Assembly: GCF_006345805.1 (NCBI RefSeq)
Contig: NC_043006.1
Location: 70,556,001 to 70,620,000, forward strand
From: Octopus sinensis
Lineage: Eukaryota
Direction of reading: 5' to 3'
DNA length: 64,000 bases
In this document: positions 49,501 to 61,945 of the stretch, piece by piece
Numbering within the stretch: position 1 is the stretch's first letter
Layout: every line of letters begins with the position of its first letter
Position numbers and translations under genes: made by a program
Notes under the pieces: model-generated
Told to the model about the DNA's origin: nothing
Seen by the model: the letters and a program-made list of their open reading frames with translations, nothing else
The model's database searches: none

Positions 49501-50029
49501 GTGGAAGGTAAATGGTAATAGTAAGATGAAATAAAGTACCAGTTATGTATTCGGGGTTTATATGATTGACAGCTCTTTTAAACTGTATTTGTTTAGACTC
49601 TGTACATTCTGAGTTCAAATCCTACCAAGGATAGCTTTGCTTTTCATCTCTTCAGGTCAACAAAGAACCAGTTAAGTACCAGAGTAGATGGCTTCGGCTA
49701 ACCCCTCCTCTCAAAATTGTTAGCCATGCACCTAAATTAGAAACATTTATTAGAATTATTTTTTGATATATTGGGATGATAATGAACTTGTTATTAAAAA
49801 TTCATTAAAATAAAACTGACATACTGTATTTTTTGGTATACAAGCCAACATAGTATATAGTGTCAACATGTAGTGTAAACACTCAGAAATCATAACTGTC
49901 TTTCTAAATCCTACTGCATTTCACATGGAATTTTTAGTCCGCCAAAATGACTTTAGCATATGAGTCAACCTATGGTTTTTGGTCATAAATTTTGGTGTGA
50001 AGAATTCAACTTGTATATCAGAAAATATG

Positions 50030-50071
<42 letters not shown>

Positions 50072-50073
<2 letters not shown>

Positions 50074-50365
50074 CTTCTTTGGGGATTTGGTTTGCAAGAT
50101 TCTTTATGTGAGTTTGTGTGTTGAAGCATATTTTGTTGTGTCTAGGAAGAGTCATTCTCTTTTAGTGCCTTATTAGTTAACACACTCACTGGTTAAGTTT
50201 CCACTCATTTATTTATTTATTTTTCCTAAAATTTTCAATAGTCTGAAAAGGTTGCAAGATACAACGAAAATTTTAGGAAAAATAAATAAGTAAATGAGTG
50301 GAAACTTTACTGGTGAGCGTGATAAATAATAAGGCACTAAAAGCGAATAACACAACAATATATAA
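50072..50365. mobile_element. Fold-back element family F2
   Basis: Inverted arms meeting at the hammerhead-like motif TGAAAAGGTTGCAAGATACAACGAAAATTTTAG (50244-50276); (TA)n on both sides. Confidence 0.7.
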
Positions 50366-50999
50366 TATATATATATATATCAGAGCTTGGTACAGCCGCT
50401 GGCTCTTCAAACCTTAGTCAAACCATCCAACCTATGCCAGCATGGAAAAACGGATATTAATCGATGATGGTAATATATATATATATATATATACATATAA
50501 AGGCACATGGCCCAGTGGTTAGAGCATCAGGCTCATGATCATGAGGTAGTTTGATTCCCGGACCAGGCTGTGTGTTGTGTTCTTGAGCAAGACACTTTAT
50601 TTCACATTTCTCCAGTTCACTCAGCTGTAGAAATGAGTTGTGACGTCACTAATGCCAAGCTATATCAGCCCCCTTGCCTTTCCCTCAGTCAACATCAGTG
50701 ATGTGGAAAGGTGAGAGTGGTATGCATGAGTGACTGCTGGTCTTCCATAAACAATCTTGCCTGAACTTATGCAGCAGAAACGCATGTCAGATTGAAATAT
50801 TGTAATAAATAAGTTTTGAAGATGTATACTTCTCCATCTTCTTTAGGATATCTTCTATATATATATATATATATATCTGTCTATCTATCTATACTCATAC
50901 ACACACACACGCACACTCTCATATACAAACACACACTGTACTTTCCATCATGCAAGTGTGTATTCTATGTAGTGTAAACATTCAAACATCATACTCTTT

Positions 51000-51207
51000 T
51001 TACTCTTTTACTTGTTTCGGTCATTTGACTGTGGCCATGCTGGAGCAACATCTTTAGTTGAGCAAATCGACTCCAGGACTTATTCTTTGTATGCCTAGTA
51101 CTTATTCTATCGGTCTCTTTTGCCGAACAGCTAAGTTACAGGGATGTAAACACACCAGCATCGGTTGTCAAGCAATGTTGGGAGGACAAACACAGACACA
51201 CAAACAT

Positions 51208-51278
<71 letters not shown>

Positions 51279-51428
51279 ACAGGCTTCTTTCAGTTTCCGT
51301 CTACCAAATTCACTCACAAGGCTTTGGTCGGCCCGAGGCTATAGTAGAAGACACTTGCCCAAGGTTCCACACAGTGGGACTGAACCCGGAACCATGTGGT
51401 TCGTAAGCAAGCTACTTACCACACAGCC
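51000..51428 (-). mobile_element. SINE family A, relatively young
   Basis: Full length; CpGs largely intact. Confidence 0.9.
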
Positions 51429-52104
51429 AATTTCTATCTTTCCAAATCCTGATGCATTTCACATGGAATTTTTGGTCTTCCAAACTCATATCGGTGCACA
51501 AGTCAACCGACCTTTCTTGTTCTTGTTATTAAATAGCAGCTTGGTAGAACCTCTATGACTTTGTGGTATTTAGAATGTCAGAATGACATTTATAGAACCC
51601 TTAATAGAGCCGCTGTCCAGAATGCAGCTACGCCTACCTATCCAATAGATAATTTATCAATATCCTCACACAAGTGATTGTGTGTCATTTCACTTATAAC
51701 AATTACAACGGAAAGTTAATTAGGTTTCATACAACTTTCTACTGCAACACCAAATGCACCTCTATGATCTCAAGGTGTGTGTTAGTGAGTGCAAAATTGG
51801 TTGTTTTCTCTGTTTTCTATTTTTTTTTGTTTTATTTAGGCTGTGTACAATTATGTTAGTGTACCACCTCACTTTTGCATTGTTGTTTCTGGTGCTAGTT
51901 TAGTTCTTTTAGTTTTTATTATTATTTTTTTTTTTTTTGTAGCAGAGAATGTGTTGCATGAGTTGTGTCTCTTCATTGATTAGTGATTGTGTACAGTTCA
52001 AACTTTGCGTTGTGCTATATTACTGGGTCGCAATCGTGTAGAGTTGTATCTTGTGGAAGTTTGATGTTATTATGTCGACCAGTGATTATGTAGGTTTTGT
52101 TCTC

Positions 52105-52525
52105 TTTTACTCTTTACTCTTTTACTGGTTTCAGTCATTTGACTGCGGCCATGCTGGAGCACCGCCTTTAGTCGAGCAAATCGACACCAGGACTTATTCT
52201 TTGTAAACCTAGTACTTATTCTATCGGCCTCTTTTGCTGAACCGCTAAGTTACGGAGATGTAAACACACCCACCAACATCGGTTATCAAGTGATATTGGG
52301 GGGACAAACACAGACACACACACACACACACACACACATATATCTATATATATATATACATATATACGACGGGCTTCTTTCAGTTTCCATCTACCAAATC
52401 ACTCACAAGGCTTTGGTTGGCCCGAGGCTATAGTAGAAGACACTTGCCCAAGGTACCACACAGTGGGACTGAACCCGGAACCATGTGGTTCATAAGCAAG
52501 CTACTTACCACACAGCCACTCCTAT
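52105..52525 (-). mobile_element. SINE family A, relatively young
   Basis: Full length; CpGs largely intact. Confidence 0.9.
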
Positions 52526-52664
52526 GCTTCTATGTTGGTTTTTTTGTTTCTTATTCAGTGGTGGCTGTATTCGGTGTGTATTCTATGAGTTGTGTTACGT
52601 ATTTTAATCTGAGATATTATTGTGTACTGTATGTAATGTTTAAGTTGTATTATTTTCATTCTTC

Positions 52665-54240
52665 TAAGGCAGCTCACAGGCAGAACTGTTTACAAAACGC
52701 TTAGCAACATTTTGTCTCTCTTTACATTCTGATTTCAAATTCCACCAAGGTTGACTTAGCCTTTCATCCTTTCAGGGTTGATGAAATAAGTACCAGTTCA
52801 GTACTGGAGTCGATGTAATTAACTCACCCCCCCACATCCCTGCAGAATTTCACATTTTGTGCCTATAGAAGAAAAGATTGTTATTATTTCCAACTCTTTA
52901 CATTCTGAGTTCAAATCCTGCTGAGGTCAACTTTGCCTTTCATCCTTTCAGGGTTGATAGAATAAGTACCAGTTGAGTACCAGTGTTGATGTAATCAGCC
53001 AGCGCCCTTCCCCTAAACTTTCAGGCCTTCTGCCTATAGTAGAAAAGATTATTAATCATTATGCTTAGCGGTATTTCGTCTACCACTACGCTCTGAGTTC
53101 AAATTTCGCTAAGGTCAACTTAGCCTTTCATCCTTTCGGGGTTGATTAAATAAGTACCAGTTACACACTGGTGTCAATGTAATCGACTTAATCCCTTTGT
53201 CTGTCATTGTTTGTCCCTTCTATGTTTAGCCCCTTGTGGGCAATAAAGAAATAAATTATTATTATTATTAGTAGTAGTAGTAGTAGTAGTAGTAATAGTA
53301 GTAGTAGTAGTAGTAGTAGTAGTATAGTAGTAGTAGTAGTAGTATGGTGAAGGCAGAGAGCTTGTAGTATCATTAGTATGCCGGGGGCAGGGATGCTTAG
53401 TGGTATTTCATTTGCCGCTATATTCTGAGTTCAAGTTCCACTGAGGTCAACTTTGCCTTTCATCCTTTCGGGGTCGATAAATAAAGTACCAGTGAAACAC
53501 TGGGGTCGATGTAATTGACTAGCCCCACTTCCCCAAAATAGCTGCCCTTGTGGCAAAATTTGAAACCATTATTATTATTATTACTATGGTGTTTGTGACA
53601 CCTTATCAACACTTTGCTCTGCTTGAGAGTAATGAATAATAGAATTAACACAAGCAATGGCATAAATTCGGACAGAACTACAGGTGATGGACTTTCACCC
53701 AGCAGGTGCCCTGTGTGTGAGCAGCGCAGCCCCAGTTGTCATTATATGCTTATTAGAACAAAATGGACTAAGACAATAAATACAGCTGTCTTGGAATGTT
53801 ATTTTCTGAGTAGAAGTATCTGGGTGTTTTGGAATATGAAAAAAAAAATCAAGGAAATTGAAATGAAGGAAAGCTTTAAGCTAATTATTAATATTATTAT
53901 TATTATTATTATTATTAAAACATTGAACTGGCGGAATTGTTGGTGTGCTAGACAAAATGCTAAGTGGTATTTCTTCTGGCTTTCTCCCTCAAAATTGCTG
54001 GCCCTGTGCTGAAATTTGGAACAATTATTTTGGCAGAATCGTTAGCATGCTATGCAAAATGCTTAGCAGCATTTCATCTGTTTTTACGTTCTGTGTTCCA
54101 ATTCCTCCAAGATCTACTTTGCCTTTCATTCTTTCAGAGTCAATAAATTAAGTATCAGTTAAGCACTGGAGTCAATGTAATGAACTGGCACCTTCTCCCC
54201 AAATTTCAGGTCTTGTGTCTATAGTAGAAGGGATTATTAT
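52665..54240 (+). mobile_element. Cluster of 5-6 same-strand SINE family B copies
   Basis: Copies at ~52665, ~52895, ~53060, ~53345 and ~53925-54240. Confidence 0.8.
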
Positions 54241-54249
54241 TATTATTGA

Positions 54250-54555
54250 GTGAGAGAGCAGTGCATGCCATCAAAGTGACGCTGGGGTAAAATATATGAA
54301 GCTCAATATACCTATCATGACTACCTGTCTGATTAGGGTACACCAGGCACATGCATCACAACCGTATATGCGCGACTTGGTGATCTCATATCAAGATAAA
54401 CATGACCTAGCAGGTGGGGCTCAGAATTTTCTTCAGGTCGAGTAGCCCATTCCACTCAAAGGATGTTGAACAAAACGCCCATGTTTCCAGAGGTGAATTA
54501 TTCAAACCCCAAAGAATTCCTCTCAACACATGGCTATGATGCTCCCCAGCTACAT
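54250..54555 (+). mobile_element. Interspersed repeat family F (second copy ~56485-57190 on minus)
   Basis: Mutual reverse-complement similarity; (ATT)n tail. Confidence 0.7.
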
Positions 54556-54657
54556 CATCATCTTCATTATTATTATTATTATTATTATCATTATTAATTA
54601 TTATTATTATTATCATTATTTTTATTATTATTGACATTGTGCTCTTACTGTTTCCAG

Positions 54658-54775
54658 AATGGATGAGGATGACTATAAAAGTGCCAGCGATGTGGAGGTT
54701 GACAGTGATAATGATGATCATGATGCTGAACATGAACTGGGCAATTGGTTAGGACAGTTTGATTCCCACAAAATG
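54658..54775 (+). CDS. RAPH1: Probable first coding exon of an MRL-family adaptor (lamellipodin/RAPH1 or RIAM/APBB1IP-like); ATG at 54659
   Basis: Acceptor CTCTTACTGTTTCCAG|, donor ATG|GTAAG. Peptide MDEDDYKSASDVEVDSDNDDHDAEHELGNWLGQFDSHKM aligns without gaps (from memory) to lamellipodin DSDKEDQDLDKMFGAWLGELD. The exon call is firmer than the orthology. Confidence 0.65.
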
Positions 54776-55370
54776 GTAAGTTTTTTTCTTCATTGTTTCT
54801 CCATCTTCTCCACAGTTGACTATATAACAAAGGAATCGATTCTCCTTTGTAAATATAAACATATACACACACAGACGTCTTATCATATATTTTCGACTCT
54901 TTCTTTCTCTCTCTCCACACACACTGTCTGTTTACCTTTCTTTCTATCTACATATCTGTTTACCCCACAACATCTCTACCTATGCATTTATCTCCATTTT
55001 GTATGTGTGTATATATATCTTTCTCTGTATTCATGTATTGAAGTAATGTATTGTCATATATATACATATATCTATCCCTATATGCGTGTTAGTGTATGCC
55101 ACCTTCCCGAGTTCATTGTGTAAACTACTCAGGTCTGGGCCTGTGTCTACAAGCGGTCGAATGAGCTTTCGGAATTATGGAAATACGTCAAACTGCAGAC
55201 GTAATGGAACGGGAAACAAGTTATGCAAGGGAGATAACTGTGTCTTGTTTTCTTTTGAATGGCTGAGATACGTCTTCCCCGTTTTTTTTTAAAGAATCTT
55301 TTTAATTTAATTTTAACAGGTCATGCGCGCGCACACACACACACACACTCTCTCTCTCTCATACACACAC

Positions 55371-55416
<46 letters not shown>

Positions 55417-55569
55417 TACAGATTTGAAAGAAATTGTGTGTTTGAATTGTGGTAAAATGAATCGAAAACTATACACGCGAAAAGCATAGTTTTTTTTTTA
55501 ATATAGTTTGTAAAATTATATACATATTGTGTGCGTGCGTGTGTGTGTGTACATAAATACATGTATATG

Positions 55570-55626
<57 letters not shown>

Positions 55627-55629
55627 AAA

Positions 55630-55945
55630 AAGACTCCGCCGGTTACGACGACGAGGGTCCCAGCTGATACGATCAACGGAACAGCTTGCTCGTGAAATTA
55701 ACGTGCAAGTGACTGAGCAATCCACAGACACGTGTACCCTTAACGTAGTTCTCGGGGAAGATTCAGCGTGACACAGAGAGTGACAAGGCTGACCCTTTGA
55801 AATACAAGTACAACTCATTTTTGCCAGCTGAGTGAACTGGAGCAACGTGAAATAAAGTGTCTTGCTCAAGGACACAACGCGTCGCCGGGAATCGAACTCA
55901 CAACCTTACGATCATGAGCCGAATGCCCTAACCACTCAGCCACGA
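55630..55945 (-). mobile_element. SINE family D, young
   Basis: Intact A and B boxes and CpGs. Confidence 0.85.
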
Positions 55946-55974
55946 TAGATATGTATATATATATGCAGTAATGT

Positions 55975-56475
55975 GGTTGTTGGAATTTAGCCATGCTGGA
56001 GCACTCCCTTGGAGACTGTAGTTAATGAAATCAACACCCTTATTTTATTACAATGTTTTTGCCAAACTGCTAAGTTGCAAGGAGGCAGATAGAAACCAGC
56101 ACTGGTTGTCAGGCACATGTGTGTACATGTGCACACACGCACACTCACACACACACACATATGCTACAGTCTTCTGCTGTGTGATTGAACCTGAAACTGC
56201 TTAATTGCAAAGTAAACTTCCTAACTACTCAGCCATGCCAGTACCATGACCACATCTGCAGAGTTGTAACCATTTCTATTTTAATATATCATCATCATCA
56301 TCATCATCATCATCTATGGCCCGAAATTATGGAGGAGGTGGGATAGTCGATTACATCGACCTCCCAATAGGACCCCGAAAGGTAAACTGAACCACAGCAG
56401 AATTTGAACTCAGAGCCTAAACTCGGAAGAAATGTCGCTAAGCATTTTGCCTGGTGTGCTAACGATTCTGCCAAT
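55975..56475 (-). mobile_element. Diverged SINE A (~55975-56235) and SINE B (~56320-56475) copies
   Basis: Reverse-complement similarity. Confidence 0.6.
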
Positions 56476-56738
56476 TGATTCGAAGTGTTATCATGTACAT
56501 TGTTTTGTCTTGGTATAAAAGCTGGCCTTCAGCAAATATTCTGCTCAATACCACAGATTTGCTTGTCAGTTGCTTGACCATAACCAGTTGAGTATGTCCC
56601 ATAGTGGCTGACAATATGTGCATCTCTAATCATGAGCAGAAGTAGTTGGGGAGCATCATGGTCATGTGTTGAAAGAAATTCTTAAGAGTTTGGATAATTC
56701 ATCCCTGGAAACATGGGTGTTTTGATCATCATCCTTAA

Positions 56739-56961
56739 CCCGTTAAGTCCCACCGTCCTATAATTAGAACACTAAACGAGAACATTAAATAAGCTATATC
56801 CCATTGTCTCAGTGTCTTATTTATAGGACACCAAGTATTTCCATTTCTACTTGAAGTGAAGTAGTTTTAATAATAATTTTTTTCCTTTTAACCTATATTC
56901 AATCATATTTAAAAATTTAAAAGTAGTATTCAGAAATTTAAGTATTCTGGAACTTAATGGG
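56739..56961. mobile_element. piggyBac-type MITE nested in family F
   Basis: TTAA duplicated at 56735-56738 and 56962-56965; TIR CCCGTTAAGTCCC vs CCCATTAAGTTCC. Confidence 0.85.
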
Positions 56962-57791
56962 TTAAACAACCCTTTTTCAGGGACCTTTTGAGCAAGATGG
57001 GCTACTTGACCTGAAGAAAATTCTAACAGGGCCCCATCTGCAAGGTCATGCGCTGTTTATCTTGATATGTGATTACCATGTCGCGCACATATGGTTGTGA
57101 TGCATGTGCCTGGTGTACCCTTATCAGACGGGTAGTCATGATGGGTATACTGGACTTCGTATATTTTACCCCAGTATCACTTTGATGGCAATAATAATAA
57201 TAATAATAATAGTAATAAACCCATTGTTTACTAAGCAGTATTACAACAATCATTGCAGCAATGTTTCAATGTCTGAATTACAGAACCGCAGCAGACAGAC
57301 AAACAGACAATATTAACTGGTTTCCTGCAACTGTTTCATGTTGTTATGTCTGAAAAAAATTGTGTTTTGTAGCAATGCAGGTAACTTAATACATTATGTA
57401 AGTATATCTGAGTCCCGTCTGTGTATCTGTGTCGCTTTGTCCCTCTGCCCTGAAACTGTGCATGCTAATAAAATTGTATCATGCACACAAAACTATACAC
57501 AGATGCTGCTCATGTTATAGTTTGGGGCTAAGTCGTTTCATATTCTTCTTTTTCTTCTTCTTCTTCTTCTTCTTATTATTATTATTTTATGTTTGACTTT
57601 TGCTTTGCATTTGTACAAGTTGGCTCCAAGTCTCACCGAAAGCTCTCAAGAGACAACAAGTTAGAAGTTCATGCTGGTGTTATGCCTAGGGTGCCATAAA
57701 TTTGGTTTTGTACATAGTTTTATTCTTGAGAATGTTTAAGAAACCATAAGAAAATTATGTTGTTTTAAAATTTGAATCATCATCATCATCA

Positions 57792-57825
<34 letters not shown>

Positions 57826-57828
<3 letters not shown>

Positions 57829-58980
57829 GGTGGCAAACTGGCAGAATTGTTAGTGCACTGGCCGGAATACTTAGCGGCATTTCCCGTCGCTATCTTCTGA
57901 GTTCAAATTCCACCAAGGTTGGCTTTGCCTTTCATCCTTTCAGGGTCAATAAATTGAGTACCAGTGAAACAATTTAAGGCCTTGTGCCTCCATTAGAAAC
58001 GATTATTATTATTATTAAGGTGGTGAGCTGGCAGAAATGTTAGCATGCTGGACAAAATGCTTAGCAGTATCTCACCTGTCGCTGCATTCTGAGTTCAAAT
58101 TCTGACGAGGTCAACTTTGCCTTTCATCCCTTCCAGGTCAATAAATTAAGTACCAGTTACGCACTGGGGCCGATTTAATCAAGTTATTTCCTCCCCCCAA
58201 AATTTGAGGCCTTGTGCTCCCAGTAGAAAAGGTTGTTATTATTATTATTATTACTATTATTATTATTATTATTAAAGCGGCAAGCTGGTAGAATCATTAG
58301 CATGCTGGACAGAATGCTTAGTGGTATTTCGCCTGTTTCAGGGTCGATAAATTAAGTACCAATGAAACACTGGGGTTGATGTAATCGACTATCCCCCTCC
58401 CCCAAACTCCAGGCCTTGTGCCTTTAGAAGAAAGGATTATTAGCTTCGCCTTTGCGAAGGCGGAAGTATTGTTTACGGTCGCGTTTGTTTGTTTGTTCGT
58501 GGACAACATATTTCAAGAACCGCTGGATGGATTTGGATGAAACTTTCAGGGAAGTTTGGCCTCAACACTGGCATGAACTATTTAGATTTTGGGGATTGAT
58601 CCAGTACCGGACAAGGATTCTGGATTATTTTTCCTGTTTTTTTACTTAATTTTTGAGAGCAGTCGGGTTCATTTTTAGTATTCTCACTTGTGAGAACAGT
58701 CAAGTTTAATTCAGATATTCTCATTTTAAAAATCATCTCTGGCTAATCATTGAGAGGACATTGGTGTTGCCTTGGCAGAGGTTTGTGCTCTCTGAGTGCT
58801 CTTGTTATTATTATTATTCGTCCGTCCTTACATTCTGAGTTCAAGTTCTGCCTAGGCTGACTTTGCCTTTCATCCTTTTGGAGTCAATGAAATAAGTACC
58901 AGTTATGCACTAGGGTCAATGTAATTGACTGTCCCCACCCACAAAATTTCAGACCTTGGGCCTATAGTTGTAGGGATTAT
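57826..58980 (+). mobile_element. Array of about five SINE family B copies interrupted by a Helentron-type element
   Basis: Repeated AAGG(T/C)GG...GCTGGCAGAA heads after (ATT)n tracts. Confidence 0.8.
58442..58806 (+). mobile_element. Non-autonomous Helentron / DINE-1-like element
   Basis: 5' hairpin CTTCGCCTT-TGCG-AAGGCGGAAG, (GTTT)n, 3' subterminal inverted copy CCTTGGCAGAGG, no TSD, inserted in a T-rich site. Confidence 0.65.
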
Positions 58981-59538
58981 TTGTTGGAGTGGTGGTGGTG
59001 GTGGAGGCAGTAGTAACTAGGTTGGTTTCAGTATAGGTTGGTTTTAGTGACACGTGTGTGTGTGAGTGCCCATGTTTGTATAAACTTTTAAAGCTGTGCT
59101 AAACCCTAAGCTACATAAACCCCTACATAGACACATACATGCTCACACAGATATATGTATATGCAGGAAATACACAAGCATTGACACATATAAACATACA
59201 CATACAGACACACAGATATATACATACTGACACAAAATACAAATTGGTACGCACACAGAGCAAGTGAGGATGGATATTATGAAGAGACTACAAAGACTGG
59301 GGAATTGCATGTGCATGTGTGATGCATGCATGTTTGTGTGTAAGAAAGATGTGTGAGTGAGGTATACGCTTGTGTCTGCATGATGTCTTCTTTCTGAGGA
59401 GACACAACACTAATAGATTTTACAGGCACACACACACACACATTTACACTCCTACATCCTTCACTTTCACCATCATCATCTATAGTGCTTTATCATAATG
59501 CGATCCGTCACCCTGCCTTTCTCAAGTTTGCGTGTGTA

Positions 59539-59600
<62 letters not shown>

Positions 59601-60317
59601 ATAGTTATATGTGTGTATGTATATAATTTTACATATGGCTTGCACTGCAGGTCCCTCCCTTCTTCAGCAGTTGACTGACAATCACAATAACATCATCACC
59701 TTCCTACAGAATTGTCCCCCCCCACCTACCACCACCGCTACCATCACTGTCACCGTCACCACCAGGAGCACCACACAACATTGATGTTACCAAGAAATGC
59801 CCGGGTTATTTTGGCTCATGCATTAGCATGCTTTTTTGTCTCTCCATTACCCTTGTTGCTGTTCTACCAAATTGGGTGCTGACGTAACCATTCTAACTAT
59901 TCTCTGTTGATGCAATCTGAAGATTCCTTTGTTCTCAACTTTTGTCTTTCTGTCACCTGTCTTGGCCATATCTGTGAAGAAATATGCTCTACTTAGTTCT
60001 CCTGTTCAGTAAGCGCTGCTCTGTTGTTCTAAGTCCAATATTGGCCAAGTTGGACATCATCATTTAAATGTCCCTTTTTCCATGCTTGTATGGATTAGAC
60101 GGAATTTGTTGAGTCAGATTCTCTACAGCTGGAGGCTCATCCTCTTGTCAACCCTTACTTGGTTCCAAGCAAGGTAATATTTACCCATGGCTAAACATGC
60201 TTTTCTGGGACATTTCAAAATGAATGGCACTCATTTACAACAGTGAGCAATGTCAAAATAATGAGACACAAATATACACTCCTACTTAAACTCCCCCCCC
60301 CCCACACACACACACAG

Positions 60318-60700
60318 CCGTAGCTGTGTGGTAAGAAGCTGCCTTCCCAACCACATGGTTCTAGGTTTAATCCCACTACGTGTGCCTTGTGAATGGATTT
60401 GTTAGACGGAAACTGAAAGAAGCCCATCATATGTGTGTGTGTTTGTGTATGTATACATGTATATCATTGTGCGTGTGTTTTTGTGTCTGTGTTTGTCTCC
60501 CACCATCATATTATAACCTGCGTTGGTTTGTTTACATCCTCATAACTTAGCACCTCTGCTAAAGAGATCGATAGAATAAGTATCAAGCCTTAAAAAAGGA
60601 AAAAAAGTACTGGAGTCAATTCATTTGACTAGAAATTCTTCAACAAGGCAATTCCCCAGCATGGCCACAGTCTAATGACTGAAACAAGTAAAAGATAAAA
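60318..60700 (+). mobile_element. SINE family A (diverged)
   Basis: Head-to-tail match. Confidence 0.75.
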
Positions 60701-60750
60701 AATATTCATACAAAGATAAATGTAAGTTGTTGTGAAGTTTTGCTGTAGAG

Positions 60751-61058
60751 CAGTGGTTCTCAAAGTGGGCGGTATTGCCCCCCTGGGGCGGTGGAACATT
60801 CCAGGGGGGCATTGAAGAAATGTGGGGTGATAATAGGGTAGTGATTCATTGAAAAAATGGGGCAATAATGGGGTAGCTATCCATGTAAAGACAACAAAAT
60901 AATGGCTTCATTAGGTTAAGTTTTATTTGTGAAATACAATTGCTTTGAATTTGCTTCAGAAAGAGGTCTATGTTTGTGATGGTTAGTTGGGGTGGGAGTG
61001 CTAGGAATTTGGCCTAGGTGTCAAAGGGGCAGCAGCCCGAAAAGTTTAGGAACCACTG
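60751..61058. mobile_element. hAT (Charlie-like) MITE
   Basis: TIR CAGTGGTTC..AAA; perfect 8-bp TSD CTGTAGAG (60743-60750 and 61059-61066). Confidence 0.9.
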
Positions 61059-61361
61059 CTGTAGAGTATAAGTCCTGCTCCTGTCTTCCTGTGTTCAAAT
61101 CCTGCTCAAGCTAGTTTTGCTTTTTTATTTCCCCATTTATGAGAAATTACGTGTTAGTAATGTTCTGGGCCTGCCTACATATTTGTGGTCTTGTACAAAT
61201 GCAACGTACCATAGTTGATGGCATAAAAGATGTATGGGCATATTTGATGTACCCTAAATTCAGCAGTACAGAGTAAAGAAAAAAAGGGTTTTAGTGCCCT
61301 AAGTAAAGCTTATGAGAGGCCCTTCACATTCAGAATGAGGGGTAATTACTATTTATCTAGT

Positions 61362-61680
61362 GAAGGCACGTGGCTTAGTGGTTAGGGTATTAGGCTCACG
61401 ATTGTAAAGTCGTGAGTTCAATTCCTAGCGACGCTTTGTGTCCTTGAGCAAGATACTTTATTTCACGTTGCTCAAGTCTACTCAGCTGACAAAAATGAGT
61501 TGTACCAGTATTTCGAAGTCCCAGCCTTGTCACATTTTGTATCACACTGATCTCCCTGAGAACTACATTAAGGGTACACGTCTGTGGAGTGCTCAGCCAC
61601 TTGCACGTCAGTTTCGCGAGCAGGCTGTTCCGTTGAGCGGATCATCTGGAACACTCTTCGTCGTAACCGACGGAATGCTC
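61362..61680 (+). mobile_element. SINE family D
   Basis: GTGAAGGCACGTGGCTTAGTGG...GAGTTCAATTCC head plus family D body. Confidence 0.85.
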
Positions 61681-61905
61681 ATATTTCTTTTTTCTTTTTT
61701 TGAGACTTATGGAAAAAAAAGTGGGTTTTGTATACCAGCAAATACTGTATAATATAAGGAACTTATGATGTGCAGTGCTCAGGTGCTGCACTACAACTCA
61801 AAACTGCATGTACGGTACAAAGAAGATGCACAGGAAATGAACGATGTACAGAAAAGAAAACATAAATAAAACGTTTGGTGGTGGTGGTAGGGAGTATCAG
61901 GTGTA

Positions 61906-61945
<40 letters not shown>

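Noticed and set aside
54776-55123. Remainder of the 154-aa ORF 54659-55123
   Set aside because: Low-complexity read-through past a strong GTAAG donor; the similarity to MRL proteins is confined to the exon.
57361-57386. TTTTGTAG|CAATGCAG|GTAACT as an 8-nt microexon or recursive site
   Set aside because: Not frame-preserving, with a short pyrimidine tract and weaker donor; compatible with chance.
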